Source: Sphyrna mokarran
Lineage: Eukaryota
DNA length: 64,000 nucleotides
Reading direction: 5' to 3'
NCBI GenBank assembly: GCA_024679065.1
Contig: JAGIQG010000006.1
Location: forward strand, 68,386,001-68,450,000
Shown here: in pieces, positions 37,813-50,949 of the stretch
Layout: every line of letters begins with the position of its first letter
Position numbering within the stretch: position 1 is the stretch's first letter
Translations under genes and position numbers: made by a program
The notes under the pieces: model-generated
Seen by the model: the letters and a program-made list of their open reading frames with translations, nothing else
The model's database searches: none
Told to the model about the DNA's origin: nothing

Positions 37813-39195
37813 ATATATTAACTTACAAAAGTGACCAAAAGGAAAGGTGACAACTTCAAAATTGCCCAGTATTGTTACATTGACTCATATTAACAAACAG
37901 TAACACATAGGGCAAAACACTTATAGTCTAACTTAGAATTGTGAAGGCACTCCATTGTGATCCTATAAAGATCTAATTATGGAATCAGAAAAAAGTTAAA
38001 GGTCAAAGATATCCTTTCCTCCTTCAATGAATAAGTACAGTATGGCAGGTAATAAATATCATGTAAAGCAAGGCTGAAATAAAAACAAAAGAAGAAAAAA
38101 GACACTGGTCATGAATAGTTCAGTTCCTTTGCATTTAAATATCCTTTTTAAATATAATGGTGTCTTGTGCTGAAATGGGATATTTTGTGAACAAAGTCCT
38201 ATCTGTACACATAAAATTTCATTTTGCTGTTTGAATTTGGTATAACGTTTGTTGTTTTCAACCCCTTTGACTAACTATAACACTCTTTTTGTGCATTAAA
38301 TTTAGAGAATTTCTGTCAAGGCTCCTCTGATTTGATCATTTATTTCATTAATACACTGGAATAAATATCAGTGCAAAGGGCCTTACAAACTTTCAAAGAC
38401 CTTAATCTCATAACAGACTCTTGCTTGCTCTCTCTAGTTTTTATTCGATACTCTGCTGATGTCTGTAAGACTTTGATTACTGGCACTAGGAAAATGTCAT
38501 GATTCTCTTATGAATGTAAATAAGAAGGCATTATTCAAAAGCCATTCCAACACCTGATTTAATGGCAGATGCCCATCTCAGTCATTAATGACTTGTTTCC
38601 TTCTTAAGTTCTGCCTATTACTAATATAACAAGATGCATCACAGTCTTTTCTGTTCACATAAATCATTTCTTTCCTAATTTTTGTTAATTTTTAGTTTTA
38701 ACATTTCTAATTTTTAGTCTCCTTTTATATTAAAGCCAATCTTCTTCTCTCCTGGAATCTATACTTCAAGTGAAGTCCTTGTTGTCTCATTTTCTAGCTG
38801 TTTGTTTCCCTCTCAAAAAGTAACAGCCTTGGTCTTGGAATTATCACTTCAAGAGCACATATGTTCCATGCTTGTAGTGTTTTTTTTCATGTGATTAATT
38901 TTTCCTTCATTATTTTCTTTTCTGATGAAAGGTTCCCTAGAAAATGGCCCAAAGCTTCAATCAACATTGGAAATGCTGATCGGACAGAAAACTGCCCACT
39001 CACCTGGAGATGATTTTTCTGGCCAAAACGTCCAATTCAAGATGCCAGAAGAATGTGCAGAATTCAGCAGAACAATCTATGGAGAGAAGAGCAAAGAGAA
39101 TCAGTGCCAAAGCCATGCCCACTTTCGAAAGCACTCACTGCCATATTGTGATAAGTGTATAAATGTCCGAAGTGTTTCAGTGTATTAGATAAATT

Positions 39196-40172
39196 GGGCT
39201 AAATCTTAGTGAATGACGGCAGAGTGTTGTTCCTGGCAGAAAAAAAGACTCAGCATGTTTCTCTGAAAAGAAACATGTTGGTTGTCTCTCCAGATCTTAT
39301 GACACTCTGCAAAGAAAATTCTAGGCGGTGTGCTTCACACCATTATATGGGGGCGGGGATGGTTCGGGGTGTGGTGGAACTCAACATGCCAGCAAAGTTC
39401 AGTGCACAGAGCCATCTTTAAAGGCAGCCTGATCATATCCTAAATAAACCTCCTCCTAGCCCACCACAGAAGCCTCAGGGGTTCCTTATCCCACTCCCAA
39501 TCAATGTCAGCACTTCTCTGACATCCTCTTCTGATCATTAGCACCTTTCTTCCCTCCCCCCCACCCCCCATTCCAGCCTACAGTTTGAGCCAGCATTCAC
39601 ATGGACAGCAAATGTGGACTTAAGATCACCCCCTGAATGTGTAAGTGAACGGATGAGTATGTCAGTGGGTAGATGGGTTAGGTAAATAAGTAAGTGAACA
39701 GGATGGTAGATGGGTTTGGTGATAGGAAGGTAGCTGGGTGGAATGGCATGATAGCAGGTGGGTAGGTTGGCAGTGTGGAAGTTGGGCAAGGTGGCAGGTG
39801 GGTGGAGTGATAGTGTAGGAGGTTGGTAGACTGACAAGCAGGTGAGATGGATAGGTGTGTTGGGCGTAGTCAGGTTGGTGGAGGTGGGATGGAAGAGGGC
39901 GCAGGAAGGGACTCAGTTGTATAGTTACCAAGGAATTTTTTGTCTAACATTTCCTCTGTAACTATTCAACCTGGTCAGAATTGTACAAAGTCTGACTCTA
40001 ACTCAGAGTGAGAGATATTTTCGGAGGGTCCTGGGGAATTGACCATTGGAAGTTCAGACAACTTGGCCAATTCCCACAAGAGCCAATGCATCAAGACTTC
40101 CATTGGATCCAAGATTTGCATCTTAGGCTTTATGTCTTGTTTTTGACAATCGGGAGATTGAAGGTCTAGGCC
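39196..40172. mobile_element. Apparently complete Harbinger-type MITE
   Basis: TIRs gggctaaatctt / aaggtctaggcc; 3-bp AT flanks att / aat; a partial inverted copy lies at ~45520-45900. Confidence 0.65.
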
Positions 40173-41379
40173 AATATCAATTCACTTTTCACTTCCCATT
40201 ACTCCATCTTCAGGATAGATCCTCAATCCAGAATTTTAAAAAAAGATTCATTCCCAAAAGATGGGAATGCCAGATGCATTGATTGAATATTTCAGGGATT
40301 ACTCCAAGATAATTCAGATTGCCAGGCTGGATGCTGCAGGATTATCCGAAAAGGATTAAAAGCACTCAGAAATAATCATTAGACCAGATATCAAGTGGTG
40401 TTCGCAAATTTCTATCCAGTCTAACCATAAAGCAGACACATGTTCTGCTGTTTTCCAACACTAACACAATAATATGACTTCATAATATCAGAGGATAATA
40501 GAGTTATGTCACTTCAGAGATGACATAAGAACATTTCTCAAGTCTATCAGTAAACTTGCAATTACTGACAAGAATCACTGAGAAATCTGGTTCAGAGATT
40601 GGAGCCTGTCCTTTCCATTATGGAAGTGATGGCAAACTCCATGATAGCACTTGTGGAACAGATCATGAAGCAACAACTAAATGGACCATGTCTCAAATTG
40701 TATTGCAGCACGATTAGAAATCTAACACCTGAGTGCTGCAGTGAAAGCTGAGACTGAGATTACAGTTAACAAGGGGGTAAAAGGTTATTATGGGTAAGCA
40801 GGAATATGGGATTAAAGTTACAATCCGATTTTACAAATAACCTAGTGGATTATGTGATTGATGCACCGCAGAACATTCACGAGGGTTTTGGGGCAGAATC
40901 ATCCCTGGGATCAGTAAGCCATCTCCTTCTTCAATGGTGGATACCACTATATGAGCATCTTTCATATGTGTGGTTGGATATAACAGCAGGAACACAGGGC
41001 TAACCTGCCCATGCTGCCTTACGAAACATCAGGATACCTCTGATCACATAGTTAGGCCAGCATCACACAAAATTACACAAATCCACACAAGTCTCCCTGC
41101 CAAGAAATATTCCAATTCCCAGTCCTTGCCAGAATGGAAAATCCTACCAGTAGATTCTAATTATCAACCATGACCAAATATCAACGTTTATCACAAATGT
41201 GATTACCTTTACCTCAGTATTATATGTCCAAGCATCTTCTATATTTATAATATAATCTATTTTAAATAAGAAAGAACAAATAATAATCTCAGTTTCACTG
41301 TCATGTAGACTGATCACAAGATTGAACAGGTATATGCACATTACTAACCACTAAAAACATCATTAATAACTGCAGACAC

Positions 41380-43010
41380 ATGATTTTTCAGTGCTTGCAA
41401 CTTTGGATTGTTTTCCCTGGCAATGAAGACTGCTCACATCTGCCTCAGGAGAGCATATATTTCAGCACTGTTTTTGTTGAACCCATCCTAGTGATGACAA
41501 TGCTTGAACCCAATTGTCTAGGCACAGGAGTCTAGTGCGGCTGACTCTATTTGATTATTGTTCTGAAAGTGAGTTGCATGTTTGAAGACTTTCCACATTG
41601 TTCATGAGCTGCATCTGGAATTTTTCTCCTTGGTCAGGCTACTTTAAGGCTGCAACATTGACCTGCTTTCCTCCGAGAACTTTGGATCTTGCAATGGCTG
41701 GGTGGATGCTTATCTTTGAACAAGTTGACAATTTGTCCAGCAGATTTCAGCCTCTCACATGGATTGAGTGATACGTAAATCATTTAGATTTTTGACTTGA
41801 ACAATTATATAATCTAGGAGGTGCCAATGCATTATGGATTGTCCATAACCTATTCATCCTTCTGGCAGTAGAGGGTGTTCCTTATATTGAATGTATTTTG
41901 CCAGCATGTGGATGCCATTTGCATTATTTTCTCCCATCTTGGTTTTGCCAATGCTTGCTCTCCAGACACTGGAGTCACAGCCAACCCTGGCATTGAAGTC
42001 ATCTAAAAGGATGACCTTTCAATCTTTGGGACAGCTGTGAAGACTTTATCAAGGACAGAATATAACTTTTCCTTCACATGTTATTGGAGACAAGGTTTGG
42101 GGTTTAAAGTGCTGATGATTGTGGCATATTGAAAATGAGCCTTTCATTTGCAATTGGGGAATTCATTTACAATTGGCAGTGCATCCAAGATCCTATTCCC
42201 AATGGCAAAAACTAAACTGTGGAGATGAGGATTACAATCAATCTTTTCTTTAAAATAGTTGGTGTATCCATCTGTTTGTTCCTTCGGTTACCTCTCCCCA
42301 GGAAAGTGGCTCTCACTGAGGCGACGATGTTAATTAGAAATCTTGATAACTTATTATACAATTATAGTTCTTCTTTCTGCACAGTCATTCTTAAGAATAT
42401 CCATGAGGGTTCTAAGATTCCAAATTGCAAAATTTAAAGTTCTCTTCCTTTGACCACAAAATTGGTGATTCCACAAATGCGGTTCCCCAGCCAGGAGAAG
42501 ATGGGCACCTATTTTTAAGGCACATTTTATAACATTCTACTCATTTGAGGTGAGCAGAGGGTATACTGAAGAGCACTACTCAGCTGCAGATGCTTTCTCC
42601 AAATACACCTATGTTCCAATATACACCAATGACCTTCGTGCATTTGTCACTTGTATGCAGATTCTCAACTCGGTTCAAAATCCTATCTCGATCAACAATT
42701 TTTCATCATCATAGGACTTGGCGAATGGACACTGGTAGAAGCCTGCATGCAACTTTGTTTAATGTGGAAATCTTGAATTACCACCTGTGCAAGATCTCAA
42801 TTGGTTGGTGGTCAGAGTTTGGTGGCGTATTGAGCTACAATGACCAGGACCTTTTTACCACTGCAGTCTTCTCCAATCTTTTCAGCTGATGAGACACACA
42901 GTTTTCCTTTGCCAGTTCTGCTGTTGAGGACAGTTTTAGATTGCATTTTGTCTGGCAGCGCCCCTAACCTTGCCACCATGGATGGTTTTACCAAGAACAA
43001 GGAGCTCCAA
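41380..43010 (-). mobile_element. RTE-clade LINE 5' portion (5' UTR plus AP endonuclease), decayed
   Basis: Reverse frames: TLNFAIWNLRTLMD (42399-42440), LLDDFNARVG (41980-42009), HWHLLDYIIV (41801-41829). Confidence 0.85.
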
Positions 43011-43281
43011 ACAGCATCGCTCAAAATATTGTTGGAGTGCACAAAACTCTTCACTGTGTCAAGGTGGAAATCCATGCATGCTATATCCCACAAAATGTTA
43101 GACATCTTCAAGTTTTCAAATTCTTTAGTGATAAGCATTGAACATTTCATATAGGAAGGTGAATGTCTTCTGGCTCCTGAACTCTCTAATAACATGTAAT
43201 TCCTTAATCTGACACTAAATAACATTAAGAAGTCTCACAACACCAGGTTAAAGTCCAACAGGTTTATTTGATAGTAAACAC

Positions 43282-43316
43282 CACAAGCTTTCGGAATGCT
43301 GTTCCTTCATCAGGTG
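43282..43316 (-). ncRNA. Minimal type I hammerhead ribozyme, intact core
   Basis: Reverse RNA: CAC-CUGAUGA-a-GGAA-cagca-UUCC-GAA-AGCU-U-GUG, giving stem I CAC/GUG, stem II GGAA/UUCC and a palindromic AGCU helix III. Confidence 0.8.
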
Positions 43317-43550
43317 AGTGGAGAGTTCTGTTCAGAAACAGGGCAGAACTCCACTCACACCACTATCTCTATCATTATTTCCATTCACATTGTTTGCATG
43401 ATTCCACTATCTCTATCATTATCTCCACTCACATTGTTTACACCTTTAAGATTTGAATAGCAGATTAGCTGTAAAGACTCGCAGTCTAATCAGTATTCTG
43501 TAAACTGTGTGTGCCTTTATATGCCTTGTTTCTGAACAGAACTTCTCATT

Positions 43551-43585
43551 CACCTGAAGAAGTAACAGCGTTCCAAAAGCTTGTG
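43551..43585 (+). ncRNA. Minimal hammerhead ribozyme, mutated copy
   Basis: CAC-CUGAAGA-a-GUAA-cagcg-UUCC-AAA-AGCU-U-GUG; GAAA changed to AAAA (CpG-type) and one stem II mismatch. Confidence 0.7.
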
Positions 43586-44444
43586 GCATTTACTATCAAA
43601 TAAACCTGTTGGACTTACCCTGGTATTGTGAGACTTGTTACTGTGTTTACCCCAGTCCAACGCCGGCATCTCCATATCATGACTAAGTAGCAGTATCAGG
43701 GTTCAAAATACCCTATTCTGTTTTAGTTGGGTAATATTCAAACTGTGCTTTTTCATTAAAATTGAAATATAACAGATAACTCCCAAATAAGTGTATGCTG
43801 AGTCTTTCAAACCATTCCCATGTAATATTTAATTTCCAACACTCAAGCTATATTTCAGGATGTTTGGAAATGGGATGTGTAGATACTTCTATGACTCTCA
43901 TCCAACCCCACGCAAGTTTCTCATTTCTTTGACCATTAATATGCAGAAAATGTGTTCTCCAGCCTTACCTTTCTACATTAAAAAGGTGTAACTGTGGATA
44001 TGCTGATGAATTTTGTGGCAAAAACAGGTGAACAGCATGTTGCCAACACTTTATTGAGAAATGATAGAGGATGTCCCTTTTTTCTAAAGAGGTTTGTACA
44101 GAGCTATGCTGTTATCATGCTTTCATAGGCACCTCTTTCAGTTCAGTCCCAGTGCCTCCTGCTCTGATTTCAGAACACAGAGCTGAGCATATATTCCTTA
44201 TTTCCAGCTTTCTTGTGATATGAGTGGAAGAAAATAAAGTGATGCTTTTGTCATTCATTAATGTCCTCATGTCCTTTTTGTTGTGAAGTTGAGTTTATAC
44301 GAAGTACAGAATATCTGTAAAGTATGTAAAATACTAAAGGAGAAACAACAATGCATAGTTTCTTTAAAAACTGGTTCTGATAATGTCATCAAAAACTAAT
44401 TTTGTTCATTGCAGAATACACACAGACTCTATGTTGCCAAAATT

Positions 44445-45270
44445 TGTTCTGAGGACCAGACAACACGGTTGCTTTGATAATTGGCTCTGCAGGTTTTTGT
44501 ATTTTGTTTTTTGTATTTTGTTATCCTATGAGTTTAAAGAAGACAGTCAGCTAGCAGCCTATGAGTTTAAAGGAAACACTCAGCTAAAGGGAGACTGTAA
44601 GATTTGAATTTGCTCTTGTTGTCAGCATCAAACCAATCTGACTACAGGGATGTTGAAAGGTCATAAGGATTATAAAAGAGGGACTCAATTGCCTTGAGTT
44701 CAGTTGAAGCAAAAGTTGAGCCAGGAGTTCAACCAGAACTGGGGAAAGATCAGATCCCTGCCAGTTTAAAATATCTCTAGAGCCAATGGTCAAGGCCACC
44801 TCAACTGGAGCAGTTAAAAAAAGTTAAGGGCAATTATCTCAATTTAAGCAGTTAAGTCAATGGGACCAGTTAATCCTTAACTCTGCTAACTTCAGATAGG
44901 TCTTAAGATAACTCATTCTAACCAGCAAAAAGTACCAAATCAGATAGCACTTATAGACAGTGGACAACTACCTGATTCTATATTTTCTTCGAGAGTGGCA
45001 ATTTTATTATTTCTATATTGGTAATGAATGTTCCTCGTGTTTATTTAAATAGCACTTTAGTCAAACTTTCCTTTAATTAAAATGTTACTGATTTAAATAT
45101 ATTTCTTGTTTGATTAAAAATAAAATAACTTGTTAATTATTCTCTTAAAGTGAATGTCAGAACTTTATGTTAATGAATCTCTAAATGTTAAGGTAAACAG
45201 TTAACACCTTCCCAAACACTCTAACAGATTGTGAAGTGAGGTAAAGGGGATTAACCTCTACATTGTAGCA
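44445..45270 (+). mobile_element. Probable solo LTR
   Basis: tgttct...tgtagca termini, TATA-like 'tataaaa' near 44671, AATAAA near 45119. Confidence 0.55.
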
Positions 45271-46199
45271 TTTTCCCAATCTAATTATTTCTTCACCAGA
45301 ACACAAACTGCAATCAAGTCTAGATGACATTGGAGCTTAAAAGATTGCCAACACAGATTAACCTATCAGTTTTTTAGGTTCCACAATTCTTTACTATTTG
45401 CTGCATTATGCCCCAGGGGGTTAGTTCAAGAAACATCAGCTATAAGAACAAGCTCAAAAGGTACAGGCTGAAAAGTTTCAATCTTGGATAGTTGCACTTC
45501 AGATGGTAAACACCCTCAAAGTGCACTAGGGTAGCTCTTGGAAGTTCTGGGGGAAACAATACATGGGATTTTTCTAGGAAGCTTGGACTTCAGGTGGGAA
45601 AATCCTTTGCTATTGGAATCCCCTGGAACCTTGAAAAAGTTAGATACTTTGGATAGTTACAACTCACCTAGAATAGTTATCTAGGAAAAGTTAGAATTAA
45701 AACTAGTTTTAATTCATGGGTAACTCTACTTTGACCCCCCCAGCTCCCCATTGGACTTCCTCCGACTGCCACATCCAACTATGTCCTCTGACCATTTGAC
45801 TACCCTCCCAACTACCCAAATATCCTCTAACCACCCAATGACTTCCCATCCACTAAGTAGCCTCCAATTTGACCATCATCAAATCTGTAGCTCCCTGCTG
45901 AATCCTTGAAGGATTGTTATTATAGCTGAGGTCATTATGAACACTTGGCTAAGTTTCAAAAACTACAAAAGCACTTATCTCAGCACACCACGGATTGAAT
46001 TTGCAATATATTGGAAGTTTAAAATGGCTATTAAAAAATTAATGGTCTTTGATGTGTTACAGAATAGAAACTTATTTTTAGAGCAATTATCATGATTTAA
46101 ATCTTTGGATGGTTTTCATGGAGGAGAGGCTTTTTGCATTATCAAGTATGCATGAGCTCCATCAGATTACTGAAAATTCATATTTTCTTTCTTATCATC

Positions 46200-46640
46200 A
46201 CGTGGCTGCTGAGATCTGCTCATGTTGCATGTTGGGTGAGTAGCAATGGAGTCAGCATCAAGATATGAGATGGCATGCAGGTGGTATGGAGGATGCATGA
46301 GTTGGCATGAAGGGAGATTAAGGTTAAAATTAACATGGCATTATTTGTGAAGTTTATGGTTCATGAGGGTAAGGGCAAAATGGCCCAACCACTTTTATTA
46401 CAACTGGGACAAAGTCTCAAAGAACTTAGATGGGCTTTCTCACCAGCCAGCCTCAACAATCACACACACTGTGGCCACCTACAATTGGTTTTCTGCTTCC
46501 AGGATTAATGAATCTGATTCTATTCACCATGTCACCTCAGGCTGAAAACTGGTAATATAGAGTCCATGTACACAAAGGCAGATCTGCCAAGAAGGGAAAT
46601 TTCTCAAATTGAGCCACACCTCAGGAGCAAAATCCAGCCT
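46200..46640. mobile_element. Right-end fragment of a Harbinger-like TIR element
   Basis: Ends 'gcaaaatccagcct'. Confidence 0.45.
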
Positions 46641-46674
46641 GCTGTCTATAGTCCCTGCTATTTTCAACATGTTT

Positions 46675-47465
46675 TAAAGGAACAAATGTCAGGAGTACAG
46701 TGTCAGGCTCTTTGGCCCACCAAGCCTGCATTGAATTGTAGTTTCTATCCCTTTGTTCACCTCCCATTCACTTTTTTTAAAGTTACACCTTGATTGTTGC
46801 TAATATGCCTGCTTTCTCCACCTCTACTGACAGTGTGTTCCACCACTTTCTGTGTGAAAACTTTCCAGCACTTCTCCTCTAAATTTATCACCTCTCACCT
46901 TAAATCTGTGCCCGCTTGTAGTTGACCCTTCCACCCTGGGGAGAAAAACCTCTGATTATTCATCTTGTCTATGCATCTCATAATTTTGTACACTTCTATT
47001 AGGTTTCTCCTCAGCCTCCGTTTTTCCACTGAAAAGAATCTGGCTTTATCCAATCTCTTCACATACTTAAAACTCTCTAGACCTGGCAACATCCTGGTAA
47101 ACCTTCTTTGCACTTTGTCCAATATATCCATGCCCTTCTGGTAATGTGGTGATCAGAACTGCATGCAATATTCCAAATGCTGCGTAACTAAAGTTTTTAT
47201 GGTTGTAACATAACTTGCCAACTTTTATACTCAATTCCCCAGCTGATGAAGGCAATAATGCTGTATGGCTTCTTGGTCACCTTATCCACTTGTATTGCCA
47301 TTTTCAGGGATCCATGTACTGTGCACCCAGATCCCTCTGTATGTCAATGCTCCTAACGGTTCTGCCACTTACTATATAATTCGCACCTGAATTTGAGCAC
47401 TTCACATTTTCTGGATTAAACTCCATTTGCCATTTCTCTGCCCAAGTCTGCAATTTATCTATACT
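46675..47465 (-). mobile_element. CR1 3' fragment
   Basis: ORFs 'DKLQTWAEKWQMEFNPE', 'QRDLG', 'LDKVQRRFTRMLPGL...RRLRRNLIEVYKIMR'. Confidence 0.92.
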
Positions 47466-50400
47466 ATCGATGAGGATGAACCATAATTTCACAATTCCCT
47501 TCTACCACAGATCCTGAAACCTCTGAAAATTAGATCACTGAAGAGCAGAAGAAGTATAATAATAATAGTGTAGTCATGATGTGCGTTGACAAAGAAGTCA
47601 CTAGAGTGTTCAAGTTGCAGTTGAGGGAACTGTTGGAAGGATTATGTAGCATAGAACTGGTCGCTTGTTCTAATACCAAGTAAAATGTAGATGAGGAGAG
47701 ATGTGAATGGAATAGATGGGCAAGTGAGAGTGAGAAGAGGTGCATTGCAGGATCTGCTGTCTGCTGATGGATACTAACATATTAGGTTACAGCATTGCAT
47801 CTACATCTTCAATCACGATTTTGCTGCCAATCTCTACTACCTCTATTTATGCCTTCTTCATTGTGGCAGCTGTTTTCTTTCCAGCTTGTGGAAAATATAT
47901 CTCTTTTCGCATTTACAATAGCAAATGTTTCCCTTAGGCAAGTATCAGTGTGTCTGAGGGGAAATCTTCCCTCCCTTCTCAATAATATTCTTCTACCTCT
48001 CCAGTCCAAACCTCTGTCTGTCTGTCTGTCTCTCTATCTCTCAGTGTCATACTGTACTTGTTAGTAAGCACTGAGCAATTGCATCCTATAGATTTGCACT
48101 GTGGCTGTTGAGGCAAAGTGTAGATGAGAAACCTGGCAATGGTTATCAAATTATACTTGACTGTTAAAATGTGGTAATATTGTGAACAGATCAATTGCTA
48201 TTCCTTCTTACTCCAACTGATCCCTTTATATCTCTAGGTTAATACTGGGGTCTGTGTGCATGAAGTTCATTATGTATTGCTGGGTGCTCTGTTAAACTAT
48301 GAAACTGCAACTGGGTAAACTACACAAATAGATTTTTTTTAAACAACATCTTTTTAGGTAGGTGGAGAGAACAGAATTATGCTGTACATATATTAAAATG
48401 CTTTAAGAAGTTTCTAATCAGATTTAAAACATATTTATGTGAGGAATGCCTGGTTAGTAGAATATCACAGGACTCCCTGGTGTGAAATAAGAGTTTTTGT
48501 TTATGATTTTGCTTCAAATGTTGGTATTAGTAATTCAGCAAGTTACTATATCCAGAATGAAGCACAAAATGATAGATAGCTAGATTGATTTTATCTGTCA
48601 TTAGAAGTCTAAGACAGATAAGGATTGAGGCCTGGAAAATATCCTTAAGCTATAATCAGGTGTTTTGTTTATATTGCACTGGTATGTCTGAGTTGGCTAT
48701 AGTTAAATGTGAATAATTTATTTGAGTATTTTTTTTCTCTATTAGCTTGTCATTTTTATGCTGTGGAATACTGCAATAATGTGATCGTGTTAACCGAGTC
48801 GGAAGAATAATATATGCAAAAAAATATATTTGGTCAACTGTTCAGCTGAATGACCTAGCTATTCAACCATAACCTGCAGTGACTCATCACACCATATGTT
48901 TCTTTGTTTTGTTGGCATGTGATTTGATTACTTTTGACTGCTACATGTATATGAAAGGATGGTGGACTATGAAAGGGAGGAAAAGAGGCAGAAGTGAATG
49001 GATGTCAGGTGGTTTAAGGCTGGCTGGAGCTGATTGGATTTGACAAGCACTGTAGCCACTTGTGGTAATGGATGTCTCTGCTATAGCAGTGAAAAGGTGA
49101 AAAGGATTTAATTCCCCTTGAAAGAAGGAAACATGAGTCATTATTTAATTACTGCCTTCAGTGAAAATCCCCCAGCATCCCATGTTGATTTATAGGCCTG
49201 TCTCTTACTTCTTATATTAATGAACAAATGGGAATTTTAGATCTGCTCAGAATTACTTTGCTTCCTCTGATCTGCATAGAATTTACTTCAGGTTCCTTGA
49301 AATACGGTGCAAAGTCGTAAGGAAAAGTTAACCAGCTCTAATAATAACTGAGATAGAAAACCCAAGAAAATGTTCCCAAAATTCATATTATTGAAATTGG
49401 TAGACTATGATTATAGCTGTAGTTTGTTATTTTGAGATTTATTATCTTGAAAAGAAATGCTGGAGTAGCAGTGTGAGGGAAGAAACAGATATAGCATTTA
49501 GTTTGCACAAACGTTTCAGGTTTGCTGCAAACTGTCTACAGCAACTGCCTGGCATGTATGAACTATTTTTCTATCAAAGAAAATCAATGAGAGGTATATT
49601 ATTAAAATAAAATTCAATTTGAGAAGGAATATTGTTTATTTTACTGATATTGAAAGCTGATATTACAGAGATTTGTTTCTCATAAATTAATGCAAGTTAC
49701 CTTGGGAGATAAATCAGCTGAAGTCAAATTGAAGAAGCAGGACTCAAGTGAACAGAAACATTTTTTTCTCTTTGCTAATAACACAACCAAGTTTCCTATG
49801 GAACTATTAGGTGGTAACTAGTTGATACTAAATTTTATTACAATTCATATTTGCTTCCTTTCCAGCAATAACAAATTCAAATTTACTATATTTCCCTGGG
49901 TGGTAACTGGTCAAAGTTATATAGGTTGTTAATTTCTATATTAGCACAACATTAAATATGCCATAGATAAATCTCCAGTCTATTTATGATGGTGAAATCT
50001 ACCTAGCAAATCTAAAAATTATTATCAAGTGTGGCAGTGGGTCAATAGTGTGGAAAAGACTCATTTTGTCTCTAAATCTTCAGTTGTCTTTAGACTAAGA
50101 TGCTAACAGTTTTGACTATGATCACTTTTTCACCACAGGGAGCTGCTAGAGCTGTTTAATTTGCATCTGAATCCGTCGCATTTTTCCCTGTCTGCATTTC
50201 AGAAAAGTAGCTTAAAAATAATTCAATACAAATGTACATACGTCCAGTGTGGATTTTTTTTCCTTTTAGAGAGCCAAGTCTTTGGAGATTCTTGATGTAA
50301 TTCATAATGATCTATAGCAAGAGCAATTAGAAATCTGTTCATCTCTTGTATTCTTTCCATTGTTCCCTCCATGGGCTGATTTGGAATATTGTTTTACTAC

Positions 50401-50504
50401 ATATTGAAACAACGTTTGAAAAGCATAACACAGTGTTAAGTTCAGATTTAAAGTTGGACATTAAAATAACAAAGAATTTTACTATCAGGAAATCTTTTAA
50501 CATT

Positions 50505-50630
50505 AAAAACTATTATATAGCACAATTACGGCAGTAAAACATCCCAAAGTGTTTCATTGCACTAATAACAAACAATATTTGACCCTACGACATAGAAGGA
50601 ACTATTAGGGCAAATGACCTAAACCTGTTC
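50505..50630 (-). mobile_element. L2-type 3' end fragment
   Basis: 'ttatatagcac...gtaaaacatcccaaagtgtttca' is the typical reverse of an L2 3' end. Confidence 0.5.
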
Positions 50631-50640
50631 AAACACATCA

Positions 50641-50880
50641 AGAGTGATCTTACCAGCTTGTCCCGCTGGTTGATTGGTGTGGCAAGCCGGTAAAATCTGT
50701 CACAGGATAAAAAATAAGGTTCGCGCTCTTTTTTTGCCTCTCGCAATGTTACCGTTACTGATTTGTTGATAACATTGGCTTTGCGCCCAAAACAGGCTGT
50801 TAAAATGAACCACCATAAAGCCAGGATCCAATATTATTGAGGGAGGTTGGAGAACAGCAGATGACGTCTCTACCTGAACA
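50641..50880. mobile_element. Left-end fragment of a Harbinger-like TIR element
   Basis: 'gagtgatcttaccagcttg...caagccggtaaaatc' forms a subterminal hairpin like that of 62986-63122. Confidence 0.45.
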
Positions 50881-50949
50881 TCATGAGGCTCCAGGTAAAT
50901 CAGAGGCATGCAACTGTAAGAAGTAAGAGAGGGAGGTCAAACTCTGTCC

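Larger units (their letters stand above)
43226..43680 (+). mobile_element. Penelope-like element: inverted pseudo-LTR pair with 3' tail
   Basis: Arms of ~120 bp (43226-43345 and 43522-43640) are inverted copies; a 40-bp tail follows only the right arm; AATAAA near 43599; candidate TSD actaaataaca / actaagtagca (9/11). Confidence 0.88.

Noticed and set aside
42812-43225. 137-aa minus-strand ORF
   Set aside because: Overlaps the RTE 5' UTR and flank, with no domain motifs; treated as chance.
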